A DNA stretch of 64,000 nucleotides from Spirochaetia bacterium (GCA_963675665.1 OY776510.1:3680001-3744000), one strand, 5' to 3'. Counted from the first letter of the stretch, positions 10,825 to 21,212 are shown. Numbers and translations are program-made. Notes: a model not told the origin generated them from the sequence alone.

Positions 10825-11826
10825 TTAATTCTGAACTTTTCGGGCGGCCGAAAGAATTTCACCCGGAATTGTAATTCCGAGCTTATCTGCTACTTCCGTA
10901 TCAATAAGCAGATCAATATCGGAAGGATCGGTCATAAACATGGTCGGGGTGCTGTCGGGATCAGCCCCGGCAAGTATATCAAGAATCATTCTACCCGACG
11001 CCCGGCCCATCTTGTAATAATCAAATCCCCACGCAATAAGAACTCCGCCGTTTTCAGCTGATGTAGGATCTGCCGACACAATTGGGATTCCTGCTTTATC
11101 GGCCACATCAACCAGAGCGCTTATTGCCGATACTACCGTATTGTCAGTACTGACATAGTAAGCGTCTACCTTGCCGGCTATTGTCTGTGCAGCCTGTTTA
11201 ACCTCTGCAGAATTGCTTACGCCGGTTCCGATAAATTCAATTCCTAGCTCGCCGCAGGCTTCTTCGGCAATTTCTGCAAGCCTTACCGCGTTTGCTTCTG
11301 AATTGGTATATACATGTCCCAGAGTTTTCAGATCAATCATTGATGCCAAAAGTTTAATCTGCTCTTTAACGGGGGTCATATCGGATATTCCGGTAATATT
11401 ACCCTCACCTTTGGCAGTTGATGTTATCAGGCCGGCGTCAACAGGGTCTGTAACAGCAGAGAATATAACCGGAACGTCCTTTATAGCCTGTGCAAGAGCC
11501 TGAGCGGTAGGTGTTGCTATTCCGACAGCAAGATCAACTTTCTCTGCCTTGAATTTCTGGGCTATTGAAGCCGCGGTTGCCATTTCCCCGTTTGCATTCT
11601 GCAGATCAAAAACAGCATCAGGATACTTTTCCGATACGACTTCCACAATTCCCTTTTCAAGAGCATCAAGAGCCGGATGCGCTACTATTTTTGAAATTCC
11701 TATCTTGAGCGGTTTAGCTGCCTGATCCGCAGAATCTGCCTCCTTGACTTCCTGGCTGCCGCCTGCAAACACGGTTCCTGTAATAAGGAGTATTATACTC
11801 AATACCGTTAAAAATCTTTTAAACAT
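10825..11826 (-). CDS. ABC transporter substrate-binding protein
   Basis: Spirochaete-type signal peptide (VFAGGSQE); HPALD, IATPTAQ, AVTDPV, NITGISD, DNTV motifs. Confidence 0.9.
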   Translation of the reverse strand: MFKRFLTVLSIILLITGTVFAGGSQEVKEADSADQAAKPLKIGISKIVAHPALDALEKGIVEVVSEKYPDAVFDLQNANGEMATAASIAQKFKAEKVDLAVGIATPTAQALAQAIKDVPVIFSAVTDPVDAGLITSTAKGEGNITGISDMTPVKEQIKLLASMIDLKTLGHVYTNSEANAVRLAEIAEEACGELGIEFIGTGVSNSAEVKQAAQTIAGKVDAYYVSTDNTVVSAISALVDVADKAGIPIVSADPTSAENGGVLIAWGFDYYKMGRASGRMILDILAGADPDSTPTMFMTDPSDIDLLIDTEVADKLGITIPGEILSAARKVQN

Positions 11827-11945
11827 AACAATTACCTCTCTTTTATGTTCTTATGCATAGAAACACTATCACTTGTAGAGCTTTTAGTCAAGCAACTGTT
11901 TGTAACTTGTGGACTATAATTTTCTTGTCTGGTAGAATGCGCGTT

Positions 11946-12425
11946 ATGGAAATAAGGACTATACTTTTAACGGCGGCCTTTACACTGCTTCCAATTTCTG
12001 AGCTTCGCGGGGCTATTCCTTTTGCCGTTCTGAACGGTATGAATCCGTTTGCTGCTTATATATATTGCGTGCTGCTCAATGCTTTGCTTGGTCCTATTGT
12101 TTATCTTTTCCTTGACTCTCTTCATAAGCTTTTTTACAGACTTAACTGGTATCATAATTTATTCGACAAGCTTGTAACCCGCGCAAGATCAAAGGTTGCT
12201 GCCAAAGTCGACCGGTTCGGGTATCTCGGCATTCTTCTTTTTGTAGGTATCCCGCTGCCGATAACCGGAGCATATACGGGAACCCTCGGCGCCTGGATAC
12301 TCGGGTTGAACCGGAAAAAAACATGTCTGGCTGTGGCCGGAGGTGCGGTCATCTCTGGCATTATAGTATCGCTTATCGTTTATTTCGGCACAGAGGCCGC
12401 TTCCATTTTTATTAAACAGGTTTGA
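11946..12425 (+). CDS. Small multidrug export family membrane protein (COG2426)
   Basis: LPISELRGAIP and FVGIPLPITGAYTG motifs. Confidence 0.85.
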   Translation: MEIRTILLTAAFTLLPISELRGAIPFAVLNGMNPFAAYIYCVLLNALLGPIVYLFLDSLHKLFYRLNWYHNLFDKLVTRARSKVAAKVDRFGYLGILLFVGIPLPITGAYTGTLGAWILGLNRKKTCLAVAGGAVISGIIVSLIVYFGTEAASIFIKQV

Positions 12426-12429
12426 ATTA

Positions 12430-14436
12430 ATGGCAATACAGCTTGAAAAAGAACTCAATGATATGCAGTGTAAAGCTGCGTCCATAATACAGGGGCCAGT
12501 TCTTATTATTGCCGGGGCCGGAAGCGGCAAAACCCGGATGATAACATTCCGTATTGCACATATGCTTGAACAGGGTATTCCCCAATCAGCTATCCTGGCT
12601 TTGACATTTACCAATAAAGCGGCCCGTGAAATGGAAGGCAGGGTAAAACAGTTGACAGGCCAGAAGCTAAACAAGCTGACTGTATCAACTTTCCATGCAT
12701 TCGGGGTTAAAATTCTAAGGGAATCAATTCATCATATGCCGGGATATAAAGAAAATTTTACAATATATGATCAGGCGGATAAAAACTCGGCGGTAAAGGA
12801 AGCTGCACGTTACGCAGGCCTGGGAGGGGAAAACCTTGACCTGTATATGGTCAACAACCTTATATCCGAGATTAAAACCGGACGTAAAAAATGGGACAAT
12901 ACAAACGACTTTTATAAACCTGTTTTTGATCGGTATCACAGCCATCTTGCGGCATATAACGCGGTAGACTTTGATGATCTGATAATGATGCCGCAGATGC
13001 TTTTTCAGAAAAATCAGGCTGTTCTTGAAGAATACCGCGGGCGGTATAAATATATAATGGTTGATGAGTTCCAGGACACTTCCATGGCGCAGTACAACCT
13101 GGTACGCATGCTCGGCGAGAATAATCGAAATGTATGCGTTGTAGGGGATGATGATCAGTCTATTTATTCGTGGCGCGGGGCCAACTACCAGAACATCATC
13201 AATTTTGAAAAGGATTTTCCGGAATTAACTGAAATTAAACTGGAACAGAATTATCGTTCAACTCAGAATATTCTTGCTGCTGCTAACAAACTGATTGAAA
13301 ACAACACAAACCGGAAAGAAAAAAAACTCTGGACGGGAACTTCGGGGGGAAAATCAATAGAGATTTTTTATCCCGAGAACGAAATTAATGAGGCTGAGTT
13401 TATTGCTGAACTGATTCACAAGTTTTCCTATGAAGACAATATAAAATTTCACGACATTGGTGTTCTTGTAAGAACCAACAGTCTTACTGCCACCCTTGAA
13501 GAAGCCTTTCTTTCCGCAAACCTGCCGTACAAGGTATCGGGTGGACAAAGTTTCTTTCAACGCAAAGAAATAAAAGATATTATTTCATATCTGCGGGTTA
13601 TATCAAATCCGGATGACGACGTTAATTTTCTTCGAATAATCAATACACCGAGGCGCGGTATAGGCAATACCACTTTGATGAAACTTCGTGAACTTGCCGA
13701 ACATGCGGGCTGTTCAATTTTCTCGGCAATGACGATGGTTGTCAGAGATGCAGAGTCTTCCCTTAAGGATTCACTTAGAGCTCATATCTCGGAATTTGTT
13801 GATCTGATAAACGGTTACCGCGACAGATTTCTTTCGGGTAAGAAAATGACTGCGGCACTCAGAGCCCTGATTGACGAAATTGATTACTGGGGTTATCTGA
13901 TAACGGATAATTCCAAAAACGAAAAACTTGCACGCTGGAAATTCGGTAACGTACAGAAGTTTATCGAATTTTTTGAGAACTGGGAAAAGAATCCTGATAA
14001 CATTAAACCGAATATCTATGATTATTTGAACAAGATTACGCTCGTAACCCATGAGGACACCGAAGACGACGAAGAAGGCAAACTGAATCTAATGACCATC
14101 CACGCTTCGAAAGGCCTTGAGTTTAATGTTGTTTTTCTTGCCGGAGTCGAGGATCATATTATTCCCCATGCAAGGGCGCTTGAGGAAAATCCTGAAAGCA
14201 TTGAAGAAGAGCGGAGATTGTTCTATGTGGCAATAACCAGGGCCAAAGAGAAACTGTTTATAACCTCATGCAGGACCCGCAGGGTAATGCGCGATATTGT
14301 TGAGACTATTCCGTCGCGCTTTCTTGAAGAAATACCCTCGGAGCTTATCGTCCCCCATCAGGAAGATCTCCTGGTCGACAAGGACGATGCGATTACCCAG
14401 TTTGCGTCTATAAAAGCAAGACTGACGGCGAAATAA
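12430..14436 (+). CDS. UvrD/Rep/PcrA ATP-dependent DNA helicase
   Basis: AGAGSGKT, VDEFQDT, VGDDDQSIY.WRGA, LEQNYRS, TIHASKGLEF, EEERRLFYVAITRA. Confidence 0.95.
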   Translation: MAIQLEKELNDMQCKAASIIQGPVLIIAGAGSGKTRMITFRIAHMLEQGIPQSAILALTFTNKAAREMEGRVKQLTGQKLNKLTVSTFHAFGVKILRESIHHMPGYKENFTIYDQADKNSAVKEAARYAGLGGENLDLYMVNNLISEIKTGRKKWDNTNDFYKPVFDRYHSHLAAYNAVDFDDLIMMPQMLFQKNQAVLEEYRGRYKYIMVDEFQDTSMAQYNLVRMLGENNRNVCVVGDDDQSIYSWRGANYQNIINFEKDFPELTEIKLEQNYRSTQNILAAANKLIENNTNRKEKKLWTGTSGGKSIEIFYPENEINEAEFIAELIHKFSYEDNIKFHDIGVLVRTNSLTATLEEAFLSANLPYKVSGGQSFFQRKEIKDIISYLRVISNPDDDVNFLRIINTPRRGIGNTTLMKLRELAEHAGCSIFSAMTMVVRDAESSLKDSLRAHISEFVDLINGYRDRFLSGKKMTAALRALIDEIDYWGYLITDNSKNEKLARWKFGNVQKFIEFFENWEKNPDNIKPNIYDYLNKITLVTHEDTEDDEEGKLNLMTIHASKGLEFNVVFLAGVEDHIIPHARALEENPESIEEERRLFYVAITRAKEKLFITSCRTRRVMRDIVETIPSRFLEEIPSELIVPHQEDLLVDKDDAITQFASIKARLTAK

Positions 14437-14516
14437 AAATAAAGAGCGCCTTAACAAGGCGCTCTTAAAAATAAAGGAGAAGAAGAAAAAAGGAGGTCTG
14501 TTGTCCAAACGTTCCT
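14436..14516 (-). ncRNA. Candidate ~80-nt small RNA with anti-Shine-Dalgarno motifs
   Basis: TTGATT-17-TATATT promoter (14552-14524), 5' hairpin, CCUCCU and CUCCUUU tracts, intrinsic terminator. Confidence 0.35.
14442..14466. terminator. Bidirectional intrinsic terminator
   Basis: AAGAGCGCCTT-AAC-AAGGCGCTCTT perfect hairpin; U tract on minus strand. Confidence 0.85.
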
Positions 14517-14534
14517 ATATATAAATATAATTAT

Positions 14535-15866
14535 TCAGAACTGACAAATCAAATTTTCCACGCACTTTTCTTGCTTTTTTTTTATTTTTTTTATTCTGCC
14601 GTCATCAAAAGCTTCCAAAGGCATTTTAAGCCGGAATTCCGTACCTTTTTTGTTATCAATAAACAGTTCCGCTTGAAGCTGCTGCGCAAGCGCTTCAATT
14701 ATAACCAAACCAGTTGATTGCATATTCTCTGCAAGTTTTTCTTCATCAAAACCATCGCCGTTATCACTGATAGAGAGAATGCAATAACCTGTTTCGTCAT
14801 ATTCAAGCTTAATACTAATTTCGGGTACTTCAGTATTTTTGAAAGCATGCTTATATGAATTCGTTACAACTTCATTTACAAACATTCCAATTGGTATTAA
14901 AACATTTAAGTTAAAATAAGCAGGGATCAGCTCATGCTTGATTAATACAGGTTTTGACTCATGATACATACTTAGCTGTATTCCTTCCATCAATTCCGTT
15001 AAATAATCTTCAATTAAAATCCTCTTAAAATCCTTACTCTTGTATAAATGTTCATGAACGAGAGCCATTGTGTTTATTCTGTTCTCAATACTGTTAATAA
15101 TTTCTATTCTCTCCGCATCCTTTATATTCTCCGATTGCAGATGCAGAATTGAGGTTATTATCGCCAGATTATTTTTTACCCTGTGATGAACTTCCTGTAG
15201 AAGAATTTCTTTTTCTTTTAACGATAGTTGGATTTCCTGATGCGCCTTCTCCCAATCCAGAAAAATAAAAAATACAAGCAATGATAAATTTATTAATGCT
15301 GTTACGGTAAAACGAAGAGACAACGGCGATTCACTTAAAAATAAATTAAATCCGATAGTATGAAAAAAACCCAGTAATAATGTTACACAAAGCCAGATAA
15401 AACTGTTTCCGGCTTTTCTTTTCCTGAATAGTCGCCGGTTAAAAACAGCGATAAACAACATTGCCAATATAAATATACCCTGAACTGCTATAGTTATAAA
15501 ACCACTCGAAAAAGTTAACAGAAAGTATAAAACAGTCATTAGAAGAATAAAGGAACTTATAATTATCGTAACTGCAAATCCCGACAGAGTCCATATAAAC
15601 AAGGCAATGCTTAAAGTCAGCATCATCGTTGCACACGCAGCCGTAAAAGGATAAAAAATATTTAAAATCTGATTTCCGAGATTATAATTTAACATTGCAA
15701 TCAGCGGCCCTATCATATAAATAAACCACGCTGCTGATAACACACAATACCTCATTGTGTATCTTCGGAACAGAAGAGATAAAAAAACTAAAAGACCAAC
15801 AATTCTAACGCCTGCAAGCATTAATAACGCTATTATTAAATCATCTATATACATTAAACTTTCCAT
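14535..15866 (-). CDS. Membrane sensor histidine kinase (HisKA_2 type), orphan
   Basis: About 7 TM helices, EVHHRVKNNL H-box, NEVVTNSYKHAF N-box, SDNGDG G1 box. Confidence 0.9.
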   Translation of the reverse strand: MESLMYIDDLIIALLMLAGVRIVGLLVFLSLLFRRYTMRYCVLSAAWFIYMIGPLIAMLNYNLGNQILNIFYPFTAACATMMLTLSIALFIWTLSGFAVTIIISSFILLMTVLYFLLTFSSGFITIAVQGIFILAMLFIAVFNRRLFRKRKAGNSFIWLCVTLLLGFFHTIGFNLFLSESPLSLRFTVTALINLSLLVFFIFLDWEKAHQEIQLSLKEKEILLQEVHHRVKNNLAIITSILHLQSENIKDAERIEIINSIENRINTMALVHEHLYKSKDFKRILIEDYLTELMEGIQLSMYHESKPVLIKHELIPAYFNLNVLIPIGMFVNEVVTNSYKHAFKNTEVPEISIKLEYDETGYCILSISDNGDGFDEEKLAENMQSTGLVIIEALAQQLQAELFIDNKKGTEFRLKMPLEAFDDGRIKKIKKKQEKCVENLICQF

Positions 15867-15933
15867 ATGAATATAATTATAGTAAACTTAAAATTCAAAA
15901 TCAAACTATTGTTAGTTCTTTAAGGAATTACTT

Positions 15934-16152
15934 ATGAACTGTCCTGAATGCGAAGGAATCCTTGACGGAAGGGGAAGTCATTACCGCTGCCCTGACTGCG
16001 GTCAAAGCTGGAAGATAACTTTTACATGCGAAATATGCGGAGAGCTTCCCAGGGTAGCAGCGAGCTGCGGCGCAGTCAGTTTTTTTTGTGAAAGATGTGG
16101 TAATCTAAAATCCAGAGAATCCATGAACAAGGAATTTACCAAAGATAATTAA
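15934..16152 (+). CDS. Double zinc-ribbon protein (YfgJ-like)
   Basis: Four CxxC pairs and CGAVSFFC..C..LKSR motif; AAGGA RBS. Confidence 0.75.
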   Translation: MNCPECEGILDGRGSHYRCPDCGQSWKITFTCEICGELPRVAASCGAVSFFCERCGNLKSRESMNKEFTKDN

Positions 16153-16907
16153 TGAATGATTCATTGCTTCTTGATGCACACCTGCATATAAAAGCACACT
16201 CAGAACTTCATATTTCCGAGAATGTTGGACGAATCTTTCTTAATTCAACCGAAACGGCAGATATGGCGACGGTTAAAGAAAGCTCTGAAACTGATAACCG
16301 GATAATCCCATTTTACGGTTTGCATCCATGGAATGCCGGGGTTCATAAAACAGACTTGCCGGACTTTAAGCAGCTTCTTACCCAAAATACTTTTTCCGGC
16401 ATCGGCGAATGCGGGCTTGACTTCGGACAAAAATACAGGGAATCGCGTGAAAATCAAATCGGGATATTTGAAAAGCAGCTTGAACTGGCATTTGAATTCC
16501 GCAGACCTGTTTCCGTACACTGCGTAAGAGCCTGGGGGCAGATCATAAAAAGCCTTGGGAAATTTGTGCCTCTTCCTGCTCCTTTTATCCTTCACTCCTT
16601 TTACGGTTCTTCCGAAACAGCGGAGATCCTTATAAACCTTGGAGGTTATATTTCAATCTCCCCTATTTCGCTTCAAAATCCGGTACGTTCAACCCCGGTT
16701 ATAAAAGATCTGCCTTTAAACAGGATTCTGACTGAAACTGATCTGCTTGCAGGAGGTAAAGATTTTTCTGCTGAAAATCATTTACACACTCTTAAAAATG
16801 TTTACAATACAGTTGCAAATATTAAATCTACAAGCTTCAATGACTTTTTAAAAAGGATTTGGAAAAATGGAACGGTTTTCACGAACAGCGAAACTGATCG
16901 GAACTGA
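16152..16907 (+). CDS. TatD family hydrolase
   Basis: DAHLH, GLHPW, GIGECGLD, SVHCVRA, LHSFYGS, ILTETD. Confidence 0.9.
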   Translation: MNDSLLLDAHLHIKAHSELHISENVGRIFLNSTETADMATVKESSETDNRIIPFYGLHPWNAGVHKTDLPDFKQLLTQNTFSGIGECGLDFGQKYRESRENQIGIFEKQLELAFEFRRPVSVHCVRAWGQIIKSLGKFVPLPAPFILHSFYGSSETAEILINLGGYISISPISLQNPVRSTPVIKDLPLNRILTETDLLAGGKDFSAENHLHTLKNVYNTVANIKSTSFNDFLKRIWKNGTVFTNSETDRN

Positions 16908-17595
16908 AAAACTTGAAAAGCTCGGTAATTCATCAGCGTTTATTTTCGGACTTGGAGCAGTCGGAAGTTTCGCTGCAGAAGCCCTGGTTCGCAGCGGAAC
17001 AGGAAATCTCACATTAGTTGATTTTGATACTATCAGTGAAAGTAATATAAACCGGCAACTTTTCGCGCTTGAAAGCACTCTGGGAAAATATAAAACCGAT
17101 GTTGCGCTCAAGCGGTTATCCGATATAAATCCTGGTTGCCGCCTTAATGCTCTTAATGCATTTGCCGACAGAAACACAATCCCTGATATACTTTGGAACC
17201 GACCCGATATAATTCTTGATGCAATAGATTCGATAGGCCCTAAAATCGAGCTGCTTTCCTTTGCCGTTAAAAACAATATCCCTATCATTTCATCAATGGG
17301 CGCGGCACGCAGACTCAACCCCCTTGCCGTAAAAGTTGGAGACCTTTTTGAAACTGCAAATTGCCCGCTTGCAAGACTGATGAGAAAATCACTTCGACGA
17401 CGAGGAATAACCAGCGGGATAACCTGTGTGTATTCAGACGAACTTCCTCTTCGCCCTACTGAAGAAGAATCTGTCGAGGAGGTGTCTTTCGACGGGCAGA
17501 ATATTAAAATACTCGGGAGCATGCCTACAGTAACAGGAATTTTCGGTTTGCTGCTTGCTGATACTGCTATCAAGTTTCTTCTTGAAAAAACTTGA
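16867..17595 (+). CDS. tcdA: tRNA threonylcarbamoyladenosine dehydratase (ThiF family)
   Basis: GLGAVGS, DFD.ISESNINRQ, DAIDS, ISSMGAA, CPLAR.MRK, VYSDE. Confidence 0.85.
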   Translation: MERFSRTAKLIGTEKLEKLGNSSAFIFGLGAVGSFAAEALVRSGTGNLTLVDFDTISESNINRQLFALESTLGKYKTDVALKRLSDINPGCRLNALNAFADRNTIPDILWNRPDIILDAIDSIGPKIELLSFAVKNNIPIISSMGAARRLNPLAVKVGDLFETANCPLARLMRKSLRRRGITSGITCVYSDELPLRPTEEESVEEVSFDGQNIKILGSMPTVTGIFGLLLADTAIKFLLEKT

Positions 17596-17663
17596 CCAAC
17601 ACTCGTCAAATCATTAATATAGACTAACTTTGAGTATCCTGCAGACAGGTAATCAGAACAAGT

Positions 17664-17748
17664 GCCGAAGTGGTGGAATTGGTAGACACAGGGGACTTAA
17701 AATCCCCCGGCTGTATAAGCTGTACCGGTTCAAGTCCGGTCTTCGGTA
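17664..17748 (+). tRNA. tRNA-Leu (anticodon TAA)
   Basis: GCCGAAG acceptor, GGGGA-CTTAAAA-TCCCC anticodon arm, long variable arm, GGTTCAAGTCC T arm; CCA not encoded; TTGACC-17-TAATAT promoter upstream. Confidence 0.95.
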
Positions 17749-17761
17749 AAGCATTTTTTAC

Positions 17762-17790
17762 AGGCTGAATCCACCATTCAGCCTTTTTTC
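17762..17790 (+). terminator. tRNA terminator
   Basis: AGGCTGAAT-CCACC-ATTCAGCCT followed by T tract. Confidence 0.8.
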
Positions 17791-17843
17791 ATCTTTAAGA
17801 CTAAGTTGACTGACCGGGCTACTTTGTAGTCCGGTCTTCGTTA

Positions 17844-18161
17844 TTAGAATCCTATCTGTTTCTTTCTGTTTTCAAGGACAACACCTTCTGCACAGGATGC
17901 CATCTCAAGTACACAGGGGGCGGTAATTGTATATTCAACTCTTGTTCCGCTTTTCGAATCGGCAACCAATCCGGCATCTTTTAGCTGTGACAGATGCTTG
18001 GATGCTGCGGATTTCGGAATTCCGGCTTCTGTAGCCAATTCACAAACACACCAGGATTTTTCTCTCAACTTTTCAAGAAAGAATATTCTCATTGGGTGAG
18101 ATAGTGCTTTAAACATATGTGCTCTCATTTCAGCTTTTTTCAGTTCATCTTCACTAATCAT
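17844..18161 (-). CDS. ArsR/SmtB family transcriptional regulator
   Basis: FKALSHP.R, CVCEL, SKHLSQLK.AGLV. Confidence 0.9.
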   Translation of the reverse strand: MISEDELKKAEMRAHMFKALSHPMRIFFLEKLREKSWCVCELATEAGIPKSAASKHLSQLKDAGLVADSKSGTRVEYTITAPCVLEMASCAEGVVLENRKKQIGF

Positions 18162-18167
18162 ATTTAT

Positions 18168-18240
18168 AAAGTTGCAAATTTAAGAAACTTTGTCAATAAT
18201 GGCTTGACATAAATAGCAAAGTTTCTTAATAATGAAACAT
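18168..18240. promoter_or_regulatory. Divergent promoters with paired ArsR-type operators
   Basis: TTGACA on both strands (18204+, 18196-); perfect 13-bp inverted repeat TTAAGAAACTTTG/CAAAGTTTCTTAA. Confidence 0.6.
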
Positions 18241-18293
18241 AGAAACAGTTGTATCGAGTTTTTATAAATAAACTATCATTCGAGGAGTTGGAT

Positions 18294-18533
18294 ATGACAA
18301 TACAGATTTTAGGAACGGGTTGTGCAAAATGTAAAGCACTTGAGGCTTCAGCAATAGAAGCGGTTAAAGCTTTGGCCACAGACGATGAGGTAGTTAAAAT
18401 TACAGACCTCGATGAGATAATGGACATGGGAGTAATGGTTACTCCGGCACTTGCTATTGACGGCGACGTAAAATCGGCAGGTAAAGTATTAACACCTGCC
18501 CAGGTAACTGAATTTATAATGGAAAGCAAATAA
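18294..18533 (+). CDS. Small redox-active disulfide (thioredoxin-like) protein
   Basis: IQILGTGCAKC, GVMVTPALAIDG; GAGGAG RBS. Confidence 0.9.
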   Translation: MTIQILGTGCAKCKALEASAIEAVKALATDDEVVKITDLDEIMDMGVMVTPALAIDGDVKSAGKVLTPAQVTEFIMESK

Positions 18534-18534
18534 T

Positions 18535-18903
18535 ATGTCGTGTTGCTGTGGAAACGATAGAAAAGTCAAATTAGTATACTCATGTTCAGGAGCCGCCAAT
18601 ACCGGTTATCTCGCTGATCAGGTTTTCAGGAAACTGAAAGCAGAAGGGATCGCTGCAGGAACCTGCTTATCTGCTGTAGGCGCAGATTTATCAGGATTTC
18701 TTGTTTCGGCAAAAGAATCAGATGAGAATATTATTATTGACGGATGTAAAATCGGCTGCGGAAAGAAAATATTTGAAAATAAAGAATTGCCCTATACACA
18801 GTTTATTGTAACTGATTTTAATGTCGAAAAAGGAAAAACTGAAATAACCGGGAACGTTATTGACCGTGTAACAAAAGAGATTATGGCAAAAATCGAAGGA
18901 TAA
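18535..18903 (+). CDS. DGC-domain putative zinc-binding protein
   Basis: YSCSGAAN.G, CL, IDGC..GC motifs. Confidence 0.85.
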   Translation: MSCCCGNDRKVKLVYSCSGAANTGYLADQVFRKLKAEGIAAGTCLSAVGADLSGFLVSAKESDENIIIDGCKIGCGKKIFENKELPYTQFIVTDFNVEKGKTEITGNVIDRVTKEIMAKIEG

Positions 18904-18907
18904 TCCT

Positions 18908-20092
18908 ATGGCAAAAAAAGAATTAACTCCCAACAAAGCCCTGATAATAGTAGGAGCGGTATTTCTGACGGCATACTTCGTTCCTTTTGATTCACCGCGT
19001 GTCGGAGGCGCTATTCAGGAAGCATTCCTTATGCTCTCAGATTACGCCAGACAACATGTACTTCTGTGCCTGGTTCCGGCAATGTTCATTGCAGGGGCTA
19101 TAACGGTTTTTCTCAACCAGCAGGCTGTTATCAGATATCTCGGACCAAAGGCCCCAAAATTCGTTTCCTATAGCGTAGCTTCCGTTTCCGGCGCCATTCT
19201 GGCTGTATGTTCCTGTACTGTGCTCCCGCTTTTTAAAGGAATATACAAGAAAGGCGCAGGTCTTGGGCCCGCTATAAGTTTCCTTTATTCAGGACCGGCA
19301 ATAAACATCCTTGCTATTGTTCTATCCTATAAAATCTTCGGATGGCAGCTTGGGCTTGCCCGAATGATTGGAGCTGTCCTGTTTGCAGTAATAATAGGCC
19401 TTTTAATGCATCTGATATTCAGAAAAGAAGATGAGGCAAGATTATCCGACGAACGCATGTTCAAATACCAGGAATCAGGTGAAGAAAAAACCCTTGGACA
19501 GATGGCACTTTACATGTTCTCAATGATCGGAATTCTGGTATTCATCAACTGGGCTAACTCAAAAGGCGGCAGCGCCGTATGGGATGTCGTTTACAGAAGC
19601 AAATACTACATTACCGGCGCATTCACCGTTATTCTTGTGTTTACTCTCGCAAAATGGTTTTCCAGGGATGAATTGAAAACATGGATCACCGAAACGCGCG
19701 ATTTTTCTCTTCAAATCCTTCCCTATCTGTTCTTCGGTGTTCTGGTTGCCGGTTTCCTGCTTGGACGCCCTGATCACGACGCGCTGATTCCAACAAAATG
19801 GGTAGCATCACTGGTAGGCGGCAATTCTGTTTTTTCCAATTTCATTGCCTCCATTTCAGGAGCATTCATGTATTTTGCCACACTTACCGAAGTTCCGATT
19901 CTTCAAGGCCTGATTGGAGCAGGAATGGGTAAAGGGCCGGCTTTGGCGCTGCTTCTTGCAGGCCCGTCGTTATCACTGCCGTCCATGCTTGTTATCGGCG
20001 GTGAACTTGGTCTGAAAAAAACGGCTGTCTATGTAAGCCTGGTAATAGTGATGTCGACTCTCGCCGGTTTGGTTTTCGGGTCAGTAATATAG
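18908..20092 (+). CDS. ArsP/DUF318 family permease
   Basis: LAVCSCTVLPLF, FLYSGPAIN, MYFATLTEVP, LLAGPSLSLP. Confidence 0.9.
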   Translation: MAKKELTPNKALIIVGAVFLTAYFVPFDSPRVGGAIQEAFLMLSDYARQHVLLCLVPAMFIAGAITVFLNQQAVIRYLGPKAPKFVSYSVASVSGAILAVCSCTVLPLFKGIYKKGAGLGPAISFLYSGPAINILAIVLSYKIFGWQLGLARMIGAVLFAVIIGLLMHLIFRKEDEARLSDERMFKYQESGEEKTLGQMALYMFSMIGILVFINWANSKGGSAVWDVVYRSKYYITGAFTVILVFTLAKWFSRDELKTWITETRDFSLQILPYLFFGVLVAGFLLGRPDHDALIPTKWVASLVGGNSVFSNFIASISGAFMYFATLTEVPILQGLIGAGMGKGPALALLLAGPSLSLPSMLVIGGELGLKKTAVYVSLVIVMSTLAGLVFGSVI

Positions 20093-20096
20093 ATCC

Positions 20097-21212
20097 TTAC
20101 TCAAATACCTCTGCAACATGTTTGAGATTTTTAATAATCTCAATATGTTGCGGACAGCTTTCTTCACACTGCCCGCATTCAATGCAGTCTGAAGCCTTTC
20201 CATGATTATCTTTCACATAATTATTGTAATATACCTTCTGCAGCGAAAAAGTACCCGGAACAGATTGTTCTTCAGTATTGTAGAGTGCAAAATATTCCGG
20301 GATCGCAATATTTTGCGGGCAATCGTCCACACAGTATCTGCAAGCTGTACATGGAACAGCAATAGACTCATTTATTATTTCAACAACCGTTTGTACTGTT
20401 TCTTTCTCTTCCGCCTTCAAAGGATTAAAATCTTTCATATAGTCTGTGTTATCTTTAAGTTGTTCAATATCCGACATTCCGCTAAGTACCGTAAGAACAC
20501 CATCCAGGCTTGCGGCATACCGGACAGCCCATGAAGGAACCGACATTGCCGGGGCGGCGTCCTTAAACAGCTTTTCAGCTTTTTCCGGCACTTTAGCCAG
20601 GGTGCCGCCTTTTACAGGTTCCATAACAATAACCGGTTTATTATATTTTCGTGCGACATCATAACACTTACCGGATTGTATAGCTTCATTGTTCCAGTCA
20701 AGGTAATTAATCTGCAGCTGTACAAATTCCACTTCGGGATGATCCGCAAGAATTCTATCCAGTAAACCTGCATGGTCATGATAAGAAAAACCAATATTTC
20801 TGATTTTCCCCTCGTCTTTCTTTTTTTTAATAAATTCAAAACTATCCAATTCCTGAGCAATTTTATAGTGAGGAACATTGAGATTATGAAGAAGATAATA
20901 ATCAAAATAATCAACGCCGCACTTTTCCAGTTGTTCATTGAAAATTCGTTCATGGTCCTCCGTTTTTTTTAAAAACATAGTAGGCATCTTGGTCGCAACC
21001 GTGAACGCACTCCTTGGATGCCTTTTTACCAGGGTCTCACGAAGGGCAATCTCACTTTTATAACCATGGTACATATAGGCTGTATCAAAATATGTAAATC
21101 CTTTTTCAAGAAAAATATCAACCATTTCTTCCAATTCAATATAGTTTATACTTTCCTGATCATCCGAATTAGTCAGCGGCAAACGCATAAATCCAAATCC
21201 AAGTTTCTTCAT
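20097..21212 (-). CDS. Aldo/keto reductase with C-terminal Fe-S domain
   Basis: [51 protein letters not shown]. Confidence 0.9.
   Translation of the reverse strand: MKKLGFGFMRLPLTNSDDQESINYIELEEMVDIFLEKGFTYFDTAYMYHGYKSEIALRETLVKRHPRSAFTVATKMPTMFLKKTEDHERIFNEQLEKCGVDYFDYYLLHNLNVPHYKIAQELDSFEFIKKKKDEGKIRNIGFSYHDHAGLLDRILADHPEVEFVQLQINYLDWNNEAIQSGKCYDVARKYNKPVIVMEPVKGGTLAKVPEKAEKLFKDAAPAMSVPSWAVRYAASLDGVLTVLSGMSDIEQLKDNTDYMKDFNPLKAEEKETVQTVVEIINESIAVPCTACRYCVDDCPQNIAIPEYFALYNTEEQSVPGTFSLQKVYYNNYVKDNHGKASDCIECGQCEESCPQHIEIIKNLKHVAEVFE

Noticed and set aside
14501-14524. 7-codon + strand ORF after AAGGAGG
   Set aside because: Lies right after a terminator with no promoter; the purine tract is better read as the antisense of a minus-strand RNA
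15934-17595. Zn-ribbon/TatD/ThiF cluster as an anti-phage or ubiquitin-like system
   Set aside because: ThiF protein has TcdA motifs and tatD-tcdA linkage is a common housekeeping arrangement; no E2, JAB or Qat partners
17813-17840. 13-bp copy of the tRNA 3' end as an active att site
   Set aside because: Only ~95 bp from the tRNA copy, forms one arm of the arsR terminator hairpin, and no integrase present; at most a relic
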